Source: a virus (taxonomy: Duplodnaviria; Heunggongvirae; Uroviricota; Caudoviricetes). From it: a stretch of 64,000 bases of DNA. Positions 18,585 to 28,114 of the stretch are shown here, piece by piece. The position numbers and the translations under genes were made by a program. The first letter of the stretch is position 1; the number at the start of each line of letters is the position of its first letter. The stretch lies in IMG/VR virus record IMGVR_UViG_3300025316_000590, positions 128,134 through 192,133 of that record, one strand, 5' to 3'. The notes under the pieces were generated by a model. That model worked only from the letters and a program-made list of their open reading frames with translations, did no database searches and was not told where the DNA came from.

Positions 18585-19058
18585 CTATTCAAGCTGTCGT
18601 GTATAGCCCTTGATGATGTTACGAATCGTTGTGGGGTTGACGTTAAATCGTATTCCGAGTCGGTAGTACCCAAATTCACCAGTCGCGTAAAGGAGACGAG
18701 CTTCAATAACCTGGGGTGTAGTCATCTTAGCGTTATAGTGGGTGGCTCCGTGCATGTGCCGTCTTTTGGAAACACAGTCGTCTTCGTTATCTTGCTGTGT
18801 TCCGAGGAACAGGTGTGTAGGCTCGACGCACGGTGGGTTATCACAGTGGTGACAGACATACATACCATCCGGTATTGGGCCGTAAGCGAGTTCATAAGCG
18901 ACGCGGTGGGCGTACAGTGGCTTCGAGTTCGTGCCACCGGATCCTATCATTCCATAGCCACTTCTGGTTCCGCCCATCCAGATCAAACATCCTCCGATTC
19001 TTCGGCGTTTGGGCACAGTGTGGAATCTAACATCAAGTGGTATGGCGTGGCGGGACAT
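18585..19058 (-). CDS. HNH endonuclease (HNH_3/AP2-type)
   Basis: minus strand; YAHRVAYELAYGPIPDGMYVCHHCDNPPCVEPTHLFLGTQQDN motif. Confidence 0.7.
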   Translation of the reverse strand: MSRHAIPLDVRFHTVPKRRRIGGCLIWMGGTRSGYGMIGSGGTNSKPLYAHRVAYELAYGPIPDGMYVCHHCDNPPCVEPTHLFLGTQQDNEDDCVSKRRHMHGATHYNAKMTTPQVIEARLLYATGEFGYYRLGIRFNVNPTTIRNIIKGYTRQLE

Positions 19059-19129
19059 AGTTATCTCCTTTGCTTTATTGTAGCAAAGCTATTGCTAATA
19101 CGCAAGAGTTGTTACGGAAAGACGATATC

Positions 19130-19828
19130 ATGAGGCTGAATCGACACCAACTCCCGAAGCCGAGATCAGTTGAACGTCAACGTATGATGTTTGATACGCA
19201 AGAGATGACGCACGGTATGTGTCGCGTGATGGTGGGCGATTTCATGGAGGAAGCAACCGCATGCCTCACCAGCAGCGTGCGACTCCGGACGGACTGCCGC
19301 TGCGAGATTTGTCCAGACATCCAGTATTCCCGCCGGCTGTTCTTCGAGAGCAAGTCGGTCGGCAACACTGACCAGGCGATCATCTATCAGAGCCGCCTGC
19401 GCAAGGACGCCGACTTCTGCCTCCGCGGCTACCAGTTATGCTACTGGTTCTGGCATCACCACTGCCAGGTCTCGAAGGCTGAGAGTAAGACCGAGCTATA
19501 TCATGAAATTGCCAGGCTAATGCAAGACGTGATTGTGGTTCCGCTGCGAATGATCTGGAAGGCTTACGGACATCGCGGGCCGAAGCTGCTGAACAACGCA
19601 CTGTCCCGCAACGGCAAGACCATCGGATGGGGCAGTTTTGGATATGGTTATGGGTGGAATATCCCACTCCAACAATGGCGTGCGATGGGTGGTACGCGAG
19701 TGATCGTACCAAAGCTGAAGGTCTATGATGTTGAGTTTACGAATCTTAGGATACAACTGCTTCCAGACGTGCCGAGCGACGTGGTGATGTCGGTCATTCT
19801 AAGCGGCGGGTGTAGCCTTTGGCGTTGA
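19130..19828 (+). CDS. hypothetical protein (Cys/His/Trp-rich)
   Basis: ORF 19070..19828, likely start ATG 19130. Confidence 0.35.
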   Translation: MRLNRHQLPKPRSVERQRMMFDTQEMTHGMCRVMVGDFMEEATACLTSSVRLRTDCRCEICPDIQYSRRLFFESKSVGNTDQAIIYQSRLRKDADFCLRGYQLCYWFWHHHCQVSKAESKTELYHEIARLMQDVIVVPLRMIWKAYGHRGPKLLNNALSRNGKTIGWGSFGYGYGWNIPLQQWRAMGGTRVIVPKLKVYDVEFTNLRIQLLPDVPSDVVMSVILSGGCSLWR

Positions 19829-20278
19829 ATGTTTAGTCTGTTTGTTCCGAAGAATGATCTTATCCTTGATAGTTTTCAGAGCATGGCAGTTTGGGCACAT
19901 GAGTTGGTAGAGTTCGGGGTTTTTATAGGCCCTGACCGTGTTATCACCAGTTCTATGACGTCCGCCGCCGATAGCAACAATATGATCTGCTTGTAATATT
20001 TCAGGATGTTTGTTGTACCCACATTTGCAGCAACATCCGCCGAGCATTTGTAGTACAGCAACCCGTACCTGACGTCGCCACTCGTTTTTCCTTTTTGTGC
20101 AGCACGTTTTACATCTATACGAACGGTTGCGTAGTCCCGAAAATTCGGTGGTCGGTTGAGGAACGCCGCAGAGGTTACACGTGATATCCATAGCAGACAC
20201 TATACCACGTATCTGCAACGCGTACAACGCCACCGTGTCTGGACTGGTTGTGTATGACGTACCGTTCCCCGACTTCAA
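19799..20278 (-). CDS. HNH endonuclease
   Basis: minus strand; CKCGYNKHPEILQADHIVAIGGG...MCPNCHALKT. Confidence 0.65.
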   Translation of the reverse strand: MKSGNGTSYTTSPDTVALYALQIRGIVSAMDITCNLCGVPQPTTEFSGLRNRSYRCKTCCTKRKNEWRRQVRVAVLQMLGGCCCKCGYNKHPEILQADHIVAIGGGRHRTGDNTVRAYKNPELYQLMCPNCHALKTIKDKIILRNKQTKHSTPKATPAA

Positions 20279-20499
20279 GGTGCGTCTGGCCCGCGAAGTG
20301 CCGGGTGATTTAGCAACAACCCTGTGGATGCGATGATGAAATGGTTTAGTTTAAGTTGGTGGCTATACCTGTTCGACGGCTGCACGGGTTGGACGAATTT
20401 CTGGTGCCGCGTGCGAAATCATCCAGGCGGCGTGGTGTGGTATAACGTGAACGCCCTGGAGCCTGACATGCGCTGTAATAACTGTGGAGAAGACTTAGG

Positions 20500-21039
20500 A
20501 TGATTACCTTACCGAAACCCGGCGATACGGTTCACGTGATCGTGGACGGTGAATACATCATGCCCTTCTACGTGTGGGGCGTATCGCAGCAGACCTATGT
20601 CGGTGCCGGCAACGAGACGCCGCACGTGCCCGCCGACCGGCAGGTCGCCTTGTGCCGTAACGAGCGCATCGGCTACAAGCTGATCGAGGTGCCGAAGCTG
20701 TCTCTGGAGACCGTAGCAACCAGGAACAGCAAACTGCCGAAGAAACGGCGGTGCGAGATGTGCAAACGACAGCGGAAGCGGTTAGGAACACATCACATCG
20801 ATGGCGACAAAGAGAACAACGATCCGTCTAACCGAATGACGCTATGCCCGCGATGTCATACTAAGTGGCACTGGCAGCACGGGAAACGAGGAAAGCGGAA
20901 AACTAGTGTAGTATGTTTTTGTGGTGATCAGTCCTTTGAATTAGGAATGTGTCGGAAGCACTACCAGCGGTTCAAGCGGCACGGTGACCCGATGCTGGTG
21001 AAGATACGAAACGGTGGTTTAGTGCGAGCAGATTCGTAA
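20500..21039 (+). CDS. HNH endonuclease
   Basis: CEMCKRQ...HHIDGDKENNDPSNRMTLCPRCHTKWH. Confidence 0.65.
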   Translation: MITLPKPGDTVHVIVDGEYIMPFYVWGVSQQTYVGAGNETPHVPADRQVALCRNERIGYKLIEVPKLSLETVATRNSKLPKKRRCEMCKRQRKRLGTHHIDGDKENNDPSNRMTLCPRCHTKWHWQHGKRGKRKTSVVCFCGDQSFELGMCRKHYQRFKRHGDPMLVKIRNGGLVRADS

Positions 21040-21050
21040 GGAGGTCGAAG

Positions 21051-21368
21051 GTGAGAAGTAAGAACGATAGCGTGGTGAAGGCCCTGCTGGATGAGATGGG
21101 TTACCATGACCCGGTACGCTGCTGTTCGACCTGTGTTCATTACAGGGAGAGCGACTGTAGCGGCAACCACAACGCCGAGGCCGAGCACTGCGAACTGAAC
21201 CCAGCCCTGCATCTCCCTATCGATGGTGCGGGCTGGTGCCGGCATCACGTGGCCAAGACTGATGGCATTCGTACCTTCGCCAACGTAGGCAAGGCACAGG
21301 AGGCGATCAACGCCATGCGTGATCGTGAAGTTCCGAGCAACCGAACCCCAAGGGATGAGATAGGATGA
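21051..21368 (+). CDS. hypothetical Cys-rich protein (GTG start)
   Basis: AGGAGG upstream; CCSTCVHY...C..C..C. Confidence 0.3.
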   Translation: MRSKNDSVVKALLDEMGYHDPVRCCSTCVHYRESDCSGNHNAEAEHCELNPALHLPIDGAGWCRHHVAKTDGIRTFANVGKAQEAINAMRDREVPSNRTPRDEIG

Positions 21369-21616
21369 TACCAACAGCCGAAGAGAATCCTAACGGACTT
21401 CACCAGCGGTATAAGGTCACCAAGGCCGATGGTACGACGTGCGACCCGAACGCCGTGTACTTCGTACTGCGTCTGGACAGTGGTGGCAGCATAGGCCACA
21501 TCGCCTCGTGCCGCGAGGCTGCTGTGGCCTATGCTGCCGCAAGCCAGCACTACCCAGACCTGAAGGACGTCGGTATCGAGCTTCTACGGCTGGTGCATAA
21601 ACTGGAGACCGCGTGA
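21365..21616 (+). CDS. hypothetical protein
   Basis: ATGA overlap. Confidence 0.3.
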   Translation: MIPTAEENPNGLHQRYKVTKADGTTCDPNAVYFVLRLDSGGSIGHIASCREAAVAYAAASQHYPDLKDVGIELLRLVHKLETA

Positions 21617-22230
21617 CCGAACGCCGCCGCATTAAAACTACCGACTGGCGTGAGGTGATCACTCCCGAACGCAGACTGATCATGGGTATCGATCCCGGCA
21701 TGAACGGTGGCTTGGCTGTCACCGAGACCGGACCCAACGCGATCATGTTGGTCAAGCGGATGCCCGAAGGGAACGACGAACTGTGGGCTTGGCTGCGGCA
21801 GCATATCGCGGATCCAAGCAACGTCAGCGTCTACATCGAGGCCGTGCATGCCTATGCGATGGGCGTGGCTGGGGCATTCAAGTTTGGCGTAGGTTACGGG
21901 CGACTTCTGGCGTTCATGACAGCTCTGGATATCATCCCGGTTAAGGTGCAGCCCGCCACTTGGCAGCGGGCCATGAACATCCCGACGACCCGCAAGCCAG
22001 TGCCCGTGGACTTCCGCAAGCAGGACGGCAGCACACGGACGACCAAGGCGGTCAAAGCACTGCTCCAGGCTGAACACAAAGAGGATATCCGCAAGCGGGC
22101 TCAGGAACTGATGCCCGATCTGGACGTGTGGCAGAAGACGAAGAAGGAGCAAATGGCGGTATGCGACGCCCTGCTGATCACATACTATGGCGTGGTGACG
22201 AATGGCGGAATCAATTCAGCCGCGATGTGA
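21613..22230 (+). CDS. ruvC: RuvC-like Holliday junction resolvase
   Basis: IMGIDPGMNGGLAV catalytic-Asp motif and later acidic residues; GTGA overlap start gives N-terminal MTERRRIKTT motif (alternative ATG 21682). Confidence 0.7.
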   Translation: MTERRRIKTTDWREVITPERRLIMGIDPGMNGGLAVTETGPNAIMLVKRMPEGNDELWAWLRQHIADPSNVSVYIEAVHAYAMGVAGAFKFGVGYGRLLAFMTALDIIPVKVQPATWQRAMNIPTTRKPVPVDFRKQDGSTRTTKAVKALLQAEHKEDIRKRAQELMPDLDVWQKTKKEQMAVCDALLITYYGVVTNGGINSAAM

Positions 22231-22377
22231 ACGGTGCGGGTGTCTGTTAGTACGGGTGGACAGCACCCGATACAACAAGTATCGTGAATGTATCCGCCAC
22301 CTGAACACGCCCGAACTATGCGAAGGAACTGACGGCTACATCACAAGCCCGTTCCGCTACGGAGTTAAGGAACCATC

Positions 22378-23448
22378 ATGAACTTACTGATAGCCAGCGA
22401 CCTGCACGAGACCGATAACCTGCGAGACGCCTATCGATTGAGAATCTTTGAGTGGCTGGCGGGTGAGGCGACGCGGCGGCACGTGAACTATATCATAATC
22501 CTTGGGGATTTGACGGAATCCAAGGATCGACACTCTTCGGCCCTGGCGAACGCTATTGCCGATGGGCTGAAACTCCTCGACGACGCCGCTCCGACTATCG
22601 TTCTGATGGGCAACCACGATTACGTGAACCCCGACGTGCCCTACTTCCGTTGGCTGCGGCATACGGGCGTGGAGTTCTTTCTGGAGCCTACCAAGCGCAC
22701 CCTCGGCGAGTCCAAGTGCCTGTTCCTGCCTCACACGCGGGCTGTGCGGCAGTACGCCGAAGGCTACAGGATGTCCGACTTCGACTACATATTCGCCCAC
22801 CAGACATTCCACGGGGCCAGTATCGGCGGCGGGAAGCGTTTAGATGGCCTGCCGACTTCGACGTTCTCGGGTACGCGGGCGAGGGTATACTGCGGGGACG
22901 TTCATGTTCCGCAGCGGCTGGCGAACATCGAGTATGTCGGGGCACCGTACCACGTTGACTTCGGCGATGAATACATACCGCGGGTGATCTTCGACAGTGG
23001 TCGGGACTACGAGGATATCAACCCGCCGTTCCCGGCCAAGCGGAAGCTGGTCATCGATGGCACCGACCGGCTTACCGATATGCGGGTGAACCCCGGCGAC
23101 ATGATCAAGATCGAGGTGCGGCTGAAGCGGGCCGAGTTTGACACCTGGAACGAGTGCCGCCGGCGGGTGCAGGAGTTTGCCGAACGCCAAAGGGCCGTGC
23201 TGTGCGGGTGCAGGCTCGTGGAACGCGATGTTCACCACATGAGCCCGATGGACTTGGCCGCCCGGCGTCTGCCGCCCGGTGACCTGTTCAATCACTACTG
23301 CGCCAGCAACGCCGACCAGATCAGCGACGACCTGAAGGCAGCGGGCAAGGCGTGCTTGGCCGGCCCGCAGTTTCCACGGGCCAACCCGGAGGAAACCGTA
23401 GGCCGGCAATTGACGCGGCGACGTCTAGAATCATCTGTGTCTGAATGA
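22378..23448 (+). CDS. SbcD/Mre11-like metallophosphoesterase nuclease (T4 gp47-like)
   Basis: phosphoesterase motifs ASDLHE, ILGDLTE, GNHDY; RBS AAGGAACCATCATG. Confidence 0.7.
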   Translation: MNLLIASDLHETDNLRDAYRLRIFEWLAGEATRRHVNYIIILGDLTESKDRHSSALANAIADGLKLLDDAAPTIVLMGNHDYVNPDVPYFRWLRHTGVEFFLEPTKRTLGESKCLFLPHTRAVRQYAEGYRMSDFDYIFAHQTFHGASIGGGKRLDGLPTSTFSGTRARVYCGDVHVPQRLANIEYVGAPYHVDFGDEYIPRVIFDSGRDYEDINPPFPAKRKLVIDGTDRLTDMRVNPGDMIKIEVRLKRAEFDTWNECRRRVQEFAERQRAVLCGCRLVERDVHHMSPMDLAARRLPPGDLFNHYCASNADQISDDLKAAGKACLAGPQFPRANPEETVGRQLTRRRLESSVSE

Positions 23449-23552
23449 TCAGCCGGGCGTAACGTAACGCGAGGCACACCAGACCCAAGGAGATCATTAC
23501 GCGTTCCTATCAGTCCCCCAGACGCCTCGACGGCAATGCCAAGCTGGGCATC

Positions 23553-23912
23553 GTGGTTATTATCGCAGCCCTAATTCTCATCCCGTCCTGTGCCGCCATC
23601 AAGCTAGGCGGCGGTTTCATGCCCGAGTATTCGGATGGTTCGCGTACAGGCGAGCTTTACAAGATCAGTAATAAGGGCGTGATCTGGAAGTCCTGGGAGG
23701 GCGAACTGAAGCTGTCCGACTTCAACTTGCGGAAGTCCGGCGAGGACAAGGGCACGAATGTGTTCGAGTTCTCCAGCCGCGACGACGGCATCGGCCAGCA
23801 ACTGGAAGCCCTGGACGGACACAAGGTCAAGATTCATTATCACCAGTACATGATTGCACCGGCCCAGCAGGGATCGCAGTACACTGTGGACAAGGTAGAA
23901 CGGTTGGATTAA
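23553..23912 (+). CDS. hypothetical exported/membrane protein
   Basis: hydrophobic N-terminus IIAALILIPSCAA. Confidence 0.35.
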   Translation: MVIIAALILIPSCAAIKLGGGFMPEYSDGSRTGELYKISNKGVIWKSWEGELKLSDFNLRKSGEDKGTNVFEFSSRDDGIGQQLEALDGHKVKIHYHQYMIAPAQQGSQYTVDKVERLD

Positions 23913-23914
23913 TC

Positions 23915-24277
23915 ATGCCCAGGGGAATGTGCGACGGAGAGCAGCATGTAGTTGACGCCGCAACAGTGGTGGCGTGGTCGAGGCATCGCCAGTTTGCCTG
24001 TGCCCTGTGCGGGCATGACTTCGTGGAGGGCGATGTACTGCGGTTCATCATGACCAATACGCCGCAGTGTTGCCAGCTTGGCGTTCCGGGCGGCAACCCG
24101 TTCGTTTGCCTGGAGTGTGATGGGACGAATGATGAAGTGTACGCCAAGCTGATTGCTGGTGAGACGGCCTGGCAGGAAATCAAGAAGAAGTACTGGTGGT
24201 TTCTACAGGACGTGATTGCCGAGGGCAACGCGGCTGGCTACAATGAAGCCGCCCGCGACTATCGGCGTGGCGGCTGA
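23915..24277 (+). CDS. hypothetical Cys-rich protein
   Basis: CALCGH...CCQLG..C..C. Confidence 0.3.
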   Translation: MPRGMCDGEQHVVDAATVVAWSRHRQFACALCGHDFVEGDVLRFIMTNTPQCCQLGVPGGNPFVCLECDGTNDEVYAKLIAGETAWQEIKKKYWWFLQDVIAEGNAAGYNEAARDYRRGG

Positions 24278-24322
24278 CGCGGACAGCCAAGTGTCTGGAT
24301 AGCATAAGAAATAACCTGTAAG

Positions 24323-24580
24323 GTGTCGGCAATGGGAACAAGTAGACGGGCACCAGCCAACGAGATCAACAGCATCAAGCGGCAGTGCATGAAGCTGCCC
24401 GGATTCTCTAATTACGATATTACGCGGTACGCCAACGGTCGGTATTGGGTTTATGTCGCGTGGAGCGACGGCTTGAAGGATCAAGGGTTCATGGCCGATA
24501 CCGAACTTCAGGCGTGGCGTGGGTTAAAGGCTAAGCTCGATGAACTGGACGCGATAGCAAAGAGACTGAAGTCATGCTGA
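24323..24580 (+). CDS. hypothetical protein
   Basis: 85 aa ORF downstream of GTGTCTGG motif. Confidence 0.3.
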   Translation: MSAMGTSRRAPANEINSIKRQCMKLPGFSNYDITRYANGRYWVYVAWSDGLKDQGFMADTELQAWRGLKAKLDELDAIAKRLKSC

Positions 24581-24918
24581 TCGACTGGGAGGTGGGACAT
24601 GCATTCGACGACAACGACAATGTCGTCCCTATTCCTGCTGAATGGCGACGCGGCGTGCGGGACAAAACTACCCGTCAGCAGGTCGACGTGCTTCGTTACG
24701 ACACCGTGACGCATTTGCTTGCCCGCCCGGCGAAGAATCGAAACGGTAACATCGTGGGCGGGCCTCCGATCACCGAGGAACGGGAACTGGAACCAATACC
24801 GCCGATGACGAATTCATCCGGTTTGCGTCCAGGGAACATGACCCCGTTTCGGAATGTTGGTAACACGATTAGTGGAGTTTCCGACATCCGTCGCATACTA
24901 GGGAGGCGCGGGCTGTGA
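24574..24918 (+). CDS. hypothetical protein
   Basis: 114 aa ORF. Confidence 0.3.
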   Translation: MLIDWEVGHAFDDNDNVVPIPAEWRRGVRDKTTRQQVDVLRYDTVTHLLARPAKNRNGNIVGGPPITEERELEPIPPMTNSSGLRPGNMTPFRNVGNTISGVSDIRRILGRRGL

Positions 24919-25220
24919 TTGTAACACACACCACCGACCTGAGATGCATCAGTCCCATCAACGATGACGTTGACTGCTACGAGGTGGACATCACCCTCAC
25001 CAGAGAAATCATGGTTGAGGAGATTCGCAAGGTGTTGAAGTTATACACGAGCAAGAAGGCAACGCAGGAGGAGGTTACCGAGAACCTCGCCAGTTACCTG
25101 GGATCCAAGGTTACGACGCGTGGGCAGCACAGCGAGTTCCACACGGTCTGCACCGTCGATCATTTGCCCGTACCGCCATGCGTAAGGCCGGGCATGGGAT
25201 TAGGGAGTAACGAAGAATGA
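24915..25220 (+). CDS. hypothetical protein
   Basis: 101 aa ORF, start-stop overlap. Confidence 0.3.
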   Translation: MIVTHTTDLRCISPINDDVDCYEVDITLTREIMVEEIRKVLKLYTSKKATQEEVTENLASYLGSKVTTRGQHSEFHTVCTVDHLPVPPCVRPGMGLGSNEE

Positions 25221-25663
25221 CAGGGAAGCTGATCTACCTATCGTCGCCGTACACGCACAAGGACGCTGATGTGAGGCGACGGCGGTTTGAGATCGTGACG
25301 CACTGCGCATCGATTCTGAAGCGGGCCGGGTGCTTCGTGTTCGCACCTATCGTGCATGCTCACCCAATTGCTGTGGCCCACGGGCTGCCTCTGGACTGGG
25401 AATACTGGAAGCGGTTCGACCACATGATGCTGGAACGTAGCCAGGCGATGCTGATCACGGAGATCGAGGGATGGCAGGAATCGGTCGGTCTGCGAGAGGA
25501 GCGACTCTTCGCTGCGGAACTGGGCCTGCCGATAGGTTACCTGCCCGAACCTGAGAACGACTTGCTGGTGACGCATTACGTTCGCAAGGCAGGATTAATC
25601 AGCATGGATATGACCGGCGTGGCCTGGGGAGATTCCACAACTTACGTCGAGAGGCAAGTATGA
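25217..25663 (+). CDS. DUF1937-like protein (nucleoside 2-deoxyribosyltransferase-like fold)
   Basis: LIYLSSPYTHKD ... FVFAPIVHAHP ... resembles DUF1937 family common in phages. Confidence 0.4.
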   Translation: MTGKLIYLSSPYTHKDADVRRRRFEIVTHCASILKRAGCFVFAPIVHAHPIAVAHGLPLDWEYWKRFDHMMLERSQAMLITEIEGWQESVGLREERLFAAELGLPIGYLPEPENDLLVTHYVRKAGLISMDMTGVAWGDSTTYVERQV

Positions 25664-25884
25664 TCATCGGCGACGGCACAGCACCTTCGGGTTTCCCATC
25701 GTACCGGGCCTGCAAGCTGGATGACGGCAGCACCGGCGTGCAGTGCATGTATCTAGGCTGTGGCCACAAGGGCTATATCGGTCATCCTGGCAACATGCCG
25801 TGCCAGCCTGCGTGCATGTGCCCGTGCTGCCGCTGCCTGCACGGTGAAACCATGTTTGGCGTGAACATCGGAGGCAAACGATGA
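25660..25884 (+). CDS. small Cys-rich protein
   Basis: YLGCGHKGY..C.PACMCPCCRC. Confidence 0.3.
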   Translation: MIIGDGTAPSGFPSYRACKLDDGSTGVQCMYLGCGHKGYIGHPGNMPCQPACMCPCCRCLHGETMFGVNIGGKR

Positions 25885-26234
25885 ATACCTTGGTCATCAC
25901 GCAGGAGTTCGGCAACGATCCACTACGGGAGGGCAAACCAGCGGTCATTGAACTGCCGATAGGACACTATCGTGTATGGCGTGGTGCGGTGAAGCCCGGC
26001 GATCTGTACCTGAACTGGGACGTGTGGTGTGCGAGCCGCGGAACGTCCGAATACTGGATCGCCGTGGATGATCTAACGTCCAACGCTGACGGCTACGAGT
26101 GTCTGATAAGGCGTGGAGTTTCTGTAGACGAGACCTGTGTTCGATGTGGGTGCGTGAACGCCGTGTTTTACTCCCACACATGTAGTTTTTGCCGCGAAAT
26201 CATTATGGCCGAATCGACCCGGAGTAGCCGCTGA
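25881..26234 (+). CDS. hypothetical protein (C-terminal Cys cluster)
   Basis: 117 aa ORF. Confidence 0.3.
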   Translation: MNTLVITQEFGNDPLREGKPAVIELPIGHYRVWRGAVKPGDLYLNWDVWCASRGTSEYWIAVDDLTSNADGYECLIRRGVSVDETCVRCGCVNAVFYSHTCSFCREIIMAESTRSSR

Positions 26235-26599
26235 TGTTCCTGCACCTGTCCCGCTACGATTTGCTGACGACGCTTGCGGCCCTGCAACAAGCCCGAGCTT
26301 ATCGGCGACACTCGAAGCGATACGTCCGGAAGGATCTCGCCGCTGGCAAGACCAGCGAGGAGGTGGCTGCGGGTAGGATTGCTCATGCTGATCTTATTGC
26401 GGCCCGCTACACCGAATTGGCTGTCCGCATCGTAGAACTTCTGGATGCCGGCGACCAGGCGAAGATCAGCAAAGCACGCAAGACCCGCCGCCAGGAGTCG
26501 AAGGATGCTGTCGAGAAGGTCAAAGACCCACAGTCGCCTGCCCGGCATGCTTTGCATAAGCTGATAGCAGCCCGGCGAGAGAAGAAAGACCAATCATGA
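26234..26599 (+). CDS. hypothetical protein
   Basis: 121 aa ORF. Confidence 0.3.
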   Translation: MFLHLSRYDLLTTLAALQQARAYRRHSKRYVRKDLAAGKTSEEVAAGRIAHADLIAARYTELAVRIVELLDAGDQAKISKARKTRRQESKDAVEKVKDPQSPARHALHKLIAARREKKDQS

Positions 26600-26892
26600 C
26601 GAACTACGTTACAGCCGAGGTGGCCGCCTATATTCTGGACGCACTTGGGTGCGGCCAAGACCCGATCTACTATCGGGGTAAGGAATATCAGGTTGGCGAC
26701 TTTTGCAACGAGACACCGTTCTTCGATCACAACGGCTGCTCGCCTCCGGCAACCCGACTGAGAATCGAGTTCTTCGCCAAGCGGTCCTGGGTTAAGGGCA
26801 CGCTGGCTGATATGGTGCTGGAACGTATGGGTGAACGGCATCGGGCAGTGCGAACTGGTAATCCGGAACAGAAAAAGCGGGGCAGATCATGA
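26596..26892 (+). CDS. hypothetical protein
   Basis: 98 aa ORF, ATGA overlap. Confidence 0.3.
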   Translation: MTNYVTAEVAAYILDALGCGQDPIYYRGKEYQVGDFCNETPFFDHNGCSPPATRLRIEFFAKRSWVKGTLADMVLERMGERHRAVRTGNPEQKKRGRS

Positions 26893-27185
26893 AGATCAGC
26901 GTTGATTCTAGCAAACGAACCAGCGTGGTCACCTTGACCATGACTCTGTCGCAGTTGAACACCATCCGTTACGCTCTGGCTGAGGGAGTGGGTAAGCTCG
27001 CGAGCCATGCCAGCTACATGCGAATCATGGCCAAGCACGGCGACGTGATCGCCAAGAAGATGACGAAGGACGTGACCCGCATAGCGAAGGAATCCAAGCT
27101 GGCTAGTGAGGCTCTGGAGAATGTGACTCGGAAGTGGGCTACAGGCTGGATTGAGGAACGCCGAGGTGGGAAAAAGAAATCATGA
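26889..27185 (+). CDS. hypothetical protein
   Basis: 98 aa ORF, ATGA overlap. Confidence 0.3.
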   Translation: MKISVDSSKRTSVVTLTMTLSQLNTIRYALAEGVGKLASHASYMRIMAKHGDVIAKKMTKDVTRIAKESKLASEALENVTRKWATGWIEERRGGKKKS

Positions 27186-27421
27186 CTACGTTCAGTGTAG
27201 GCGAAGAAGTCCTATGCGATCCCGCGGAACATCGTGGGCTACATGGCGTTATCGATGAGTGCGGACCTAGCGGTAAAACTTATGTAGTAAAAACCGATAG
27301 TGGGAAGAATGTATCGTTCATGTGGTGTAGCCTACAACGAGGTAATACATGGGACGTCGAGCTTGGTTTACGAAACCAGGCCGAGGAGGACGCCGCATAC
27401 GCGGCTGAGGTGAAATCATGA
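27182..27421 (+). CDS. hypothetical protein
   Basis: 79 aa ORF, ATGA overlap. Confidence 0.3.
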   Translation: MTTFSVGEEVLCDPAEHRGLHGVIDECGPSGKTYVVKTDSGKNVSFMWCSLQRGNTWDVELGLRNQAEEDAAYAAEVKS

Positions 27422-27717
27422 ATGAAGACGAACGCATTGCTTTCCTGCGTGGCCGGTCGAACCAGGACATGGCTCTGGAGGAGCTACGCAGCGTCTGGGA
27501 GAAAACAGATGATGCTGTGCAGGACTTCCTATTTAACTGGCTGGCTACCGAGGACGTGGAATCAGTACGCCGGCGGTTCACGGAGTTCCCCGACCAGGCA
27601 ATTAGGTTCTTTCAGCAGGCGGCTGCATGCGGCATACGTGAGGCCGTGCTACTGCACGCGTCTGCGGGTGGAGATGACGACGATAACGAAATAAACTACC
27701 GCGACGGTAGTGGTTGA
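27418..27717 (+). CDS. hypothetical protein
   Basis: 99 aa ORF, ATGA overlap. Confidence 0.3.
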   Translation: MNEDERIAFLRGRSNQDMALEELRSVWEKTDDAVQDFLFNWLATEDVESVRRRFTEFPDQAIRFFQQAAACGIREAVLLHASAGGDDDDNEINYRDGSG

Positions 27718-27751
27718 TTGAACGCCGGCGGCAGTCGGTCTATACTAACTT

Positions 27752-28099
27752 GTGGAGGTCATCATGAAGTGGTTTGCTGGTTTGATTTGTGCCATGATGC
27801 TGCTTTGCGGAACGGCGAATGCGGCGTGGCAAGAGGTGTGGGACGAGACGACATACAACGTCACCGTCTATCCGGCCCCGGTGTGGGTGGAATCAACGTA
27901 TGAGATCACCGTGGTTCCTGCTCCCGAGTGGCGGAAGTGCGGCGAGTGCGGTGTCTGGCATCAGGTACAGCCGCCGTCCCGTATCGAGCAGCGAAACTGC
28001 AAGAAGCAAGTTCAGCCGCCGTCTTACATCGAGCAACGTCACGGATATACCCGCCGCGTGGTGTGGGTGGACGACCCGATCATCTACCGCACGTGGTAG
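27752..28099 (+). CDS. secreted hypothetical protein (signal peptide; VQPPS repeats)
   Basis: RBS GGAGGTCATCATG; MKWFAGLICAMMLLCGTANA signal. Confidence 0.4.
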   Translation: MEVIMKWFAGLICAMMLLCGTANAAWQEVWDETTYNVTVYPAPVWVESTYEITVVPAPEWRKCGECGVWHQVQPPSRIEQRNCKKQVQPPSYIEQRHGYTRRVVWVDDPIIYRTW

Positions 28100-28114
28100 T
28101 CGGTTCAAGGAGAA

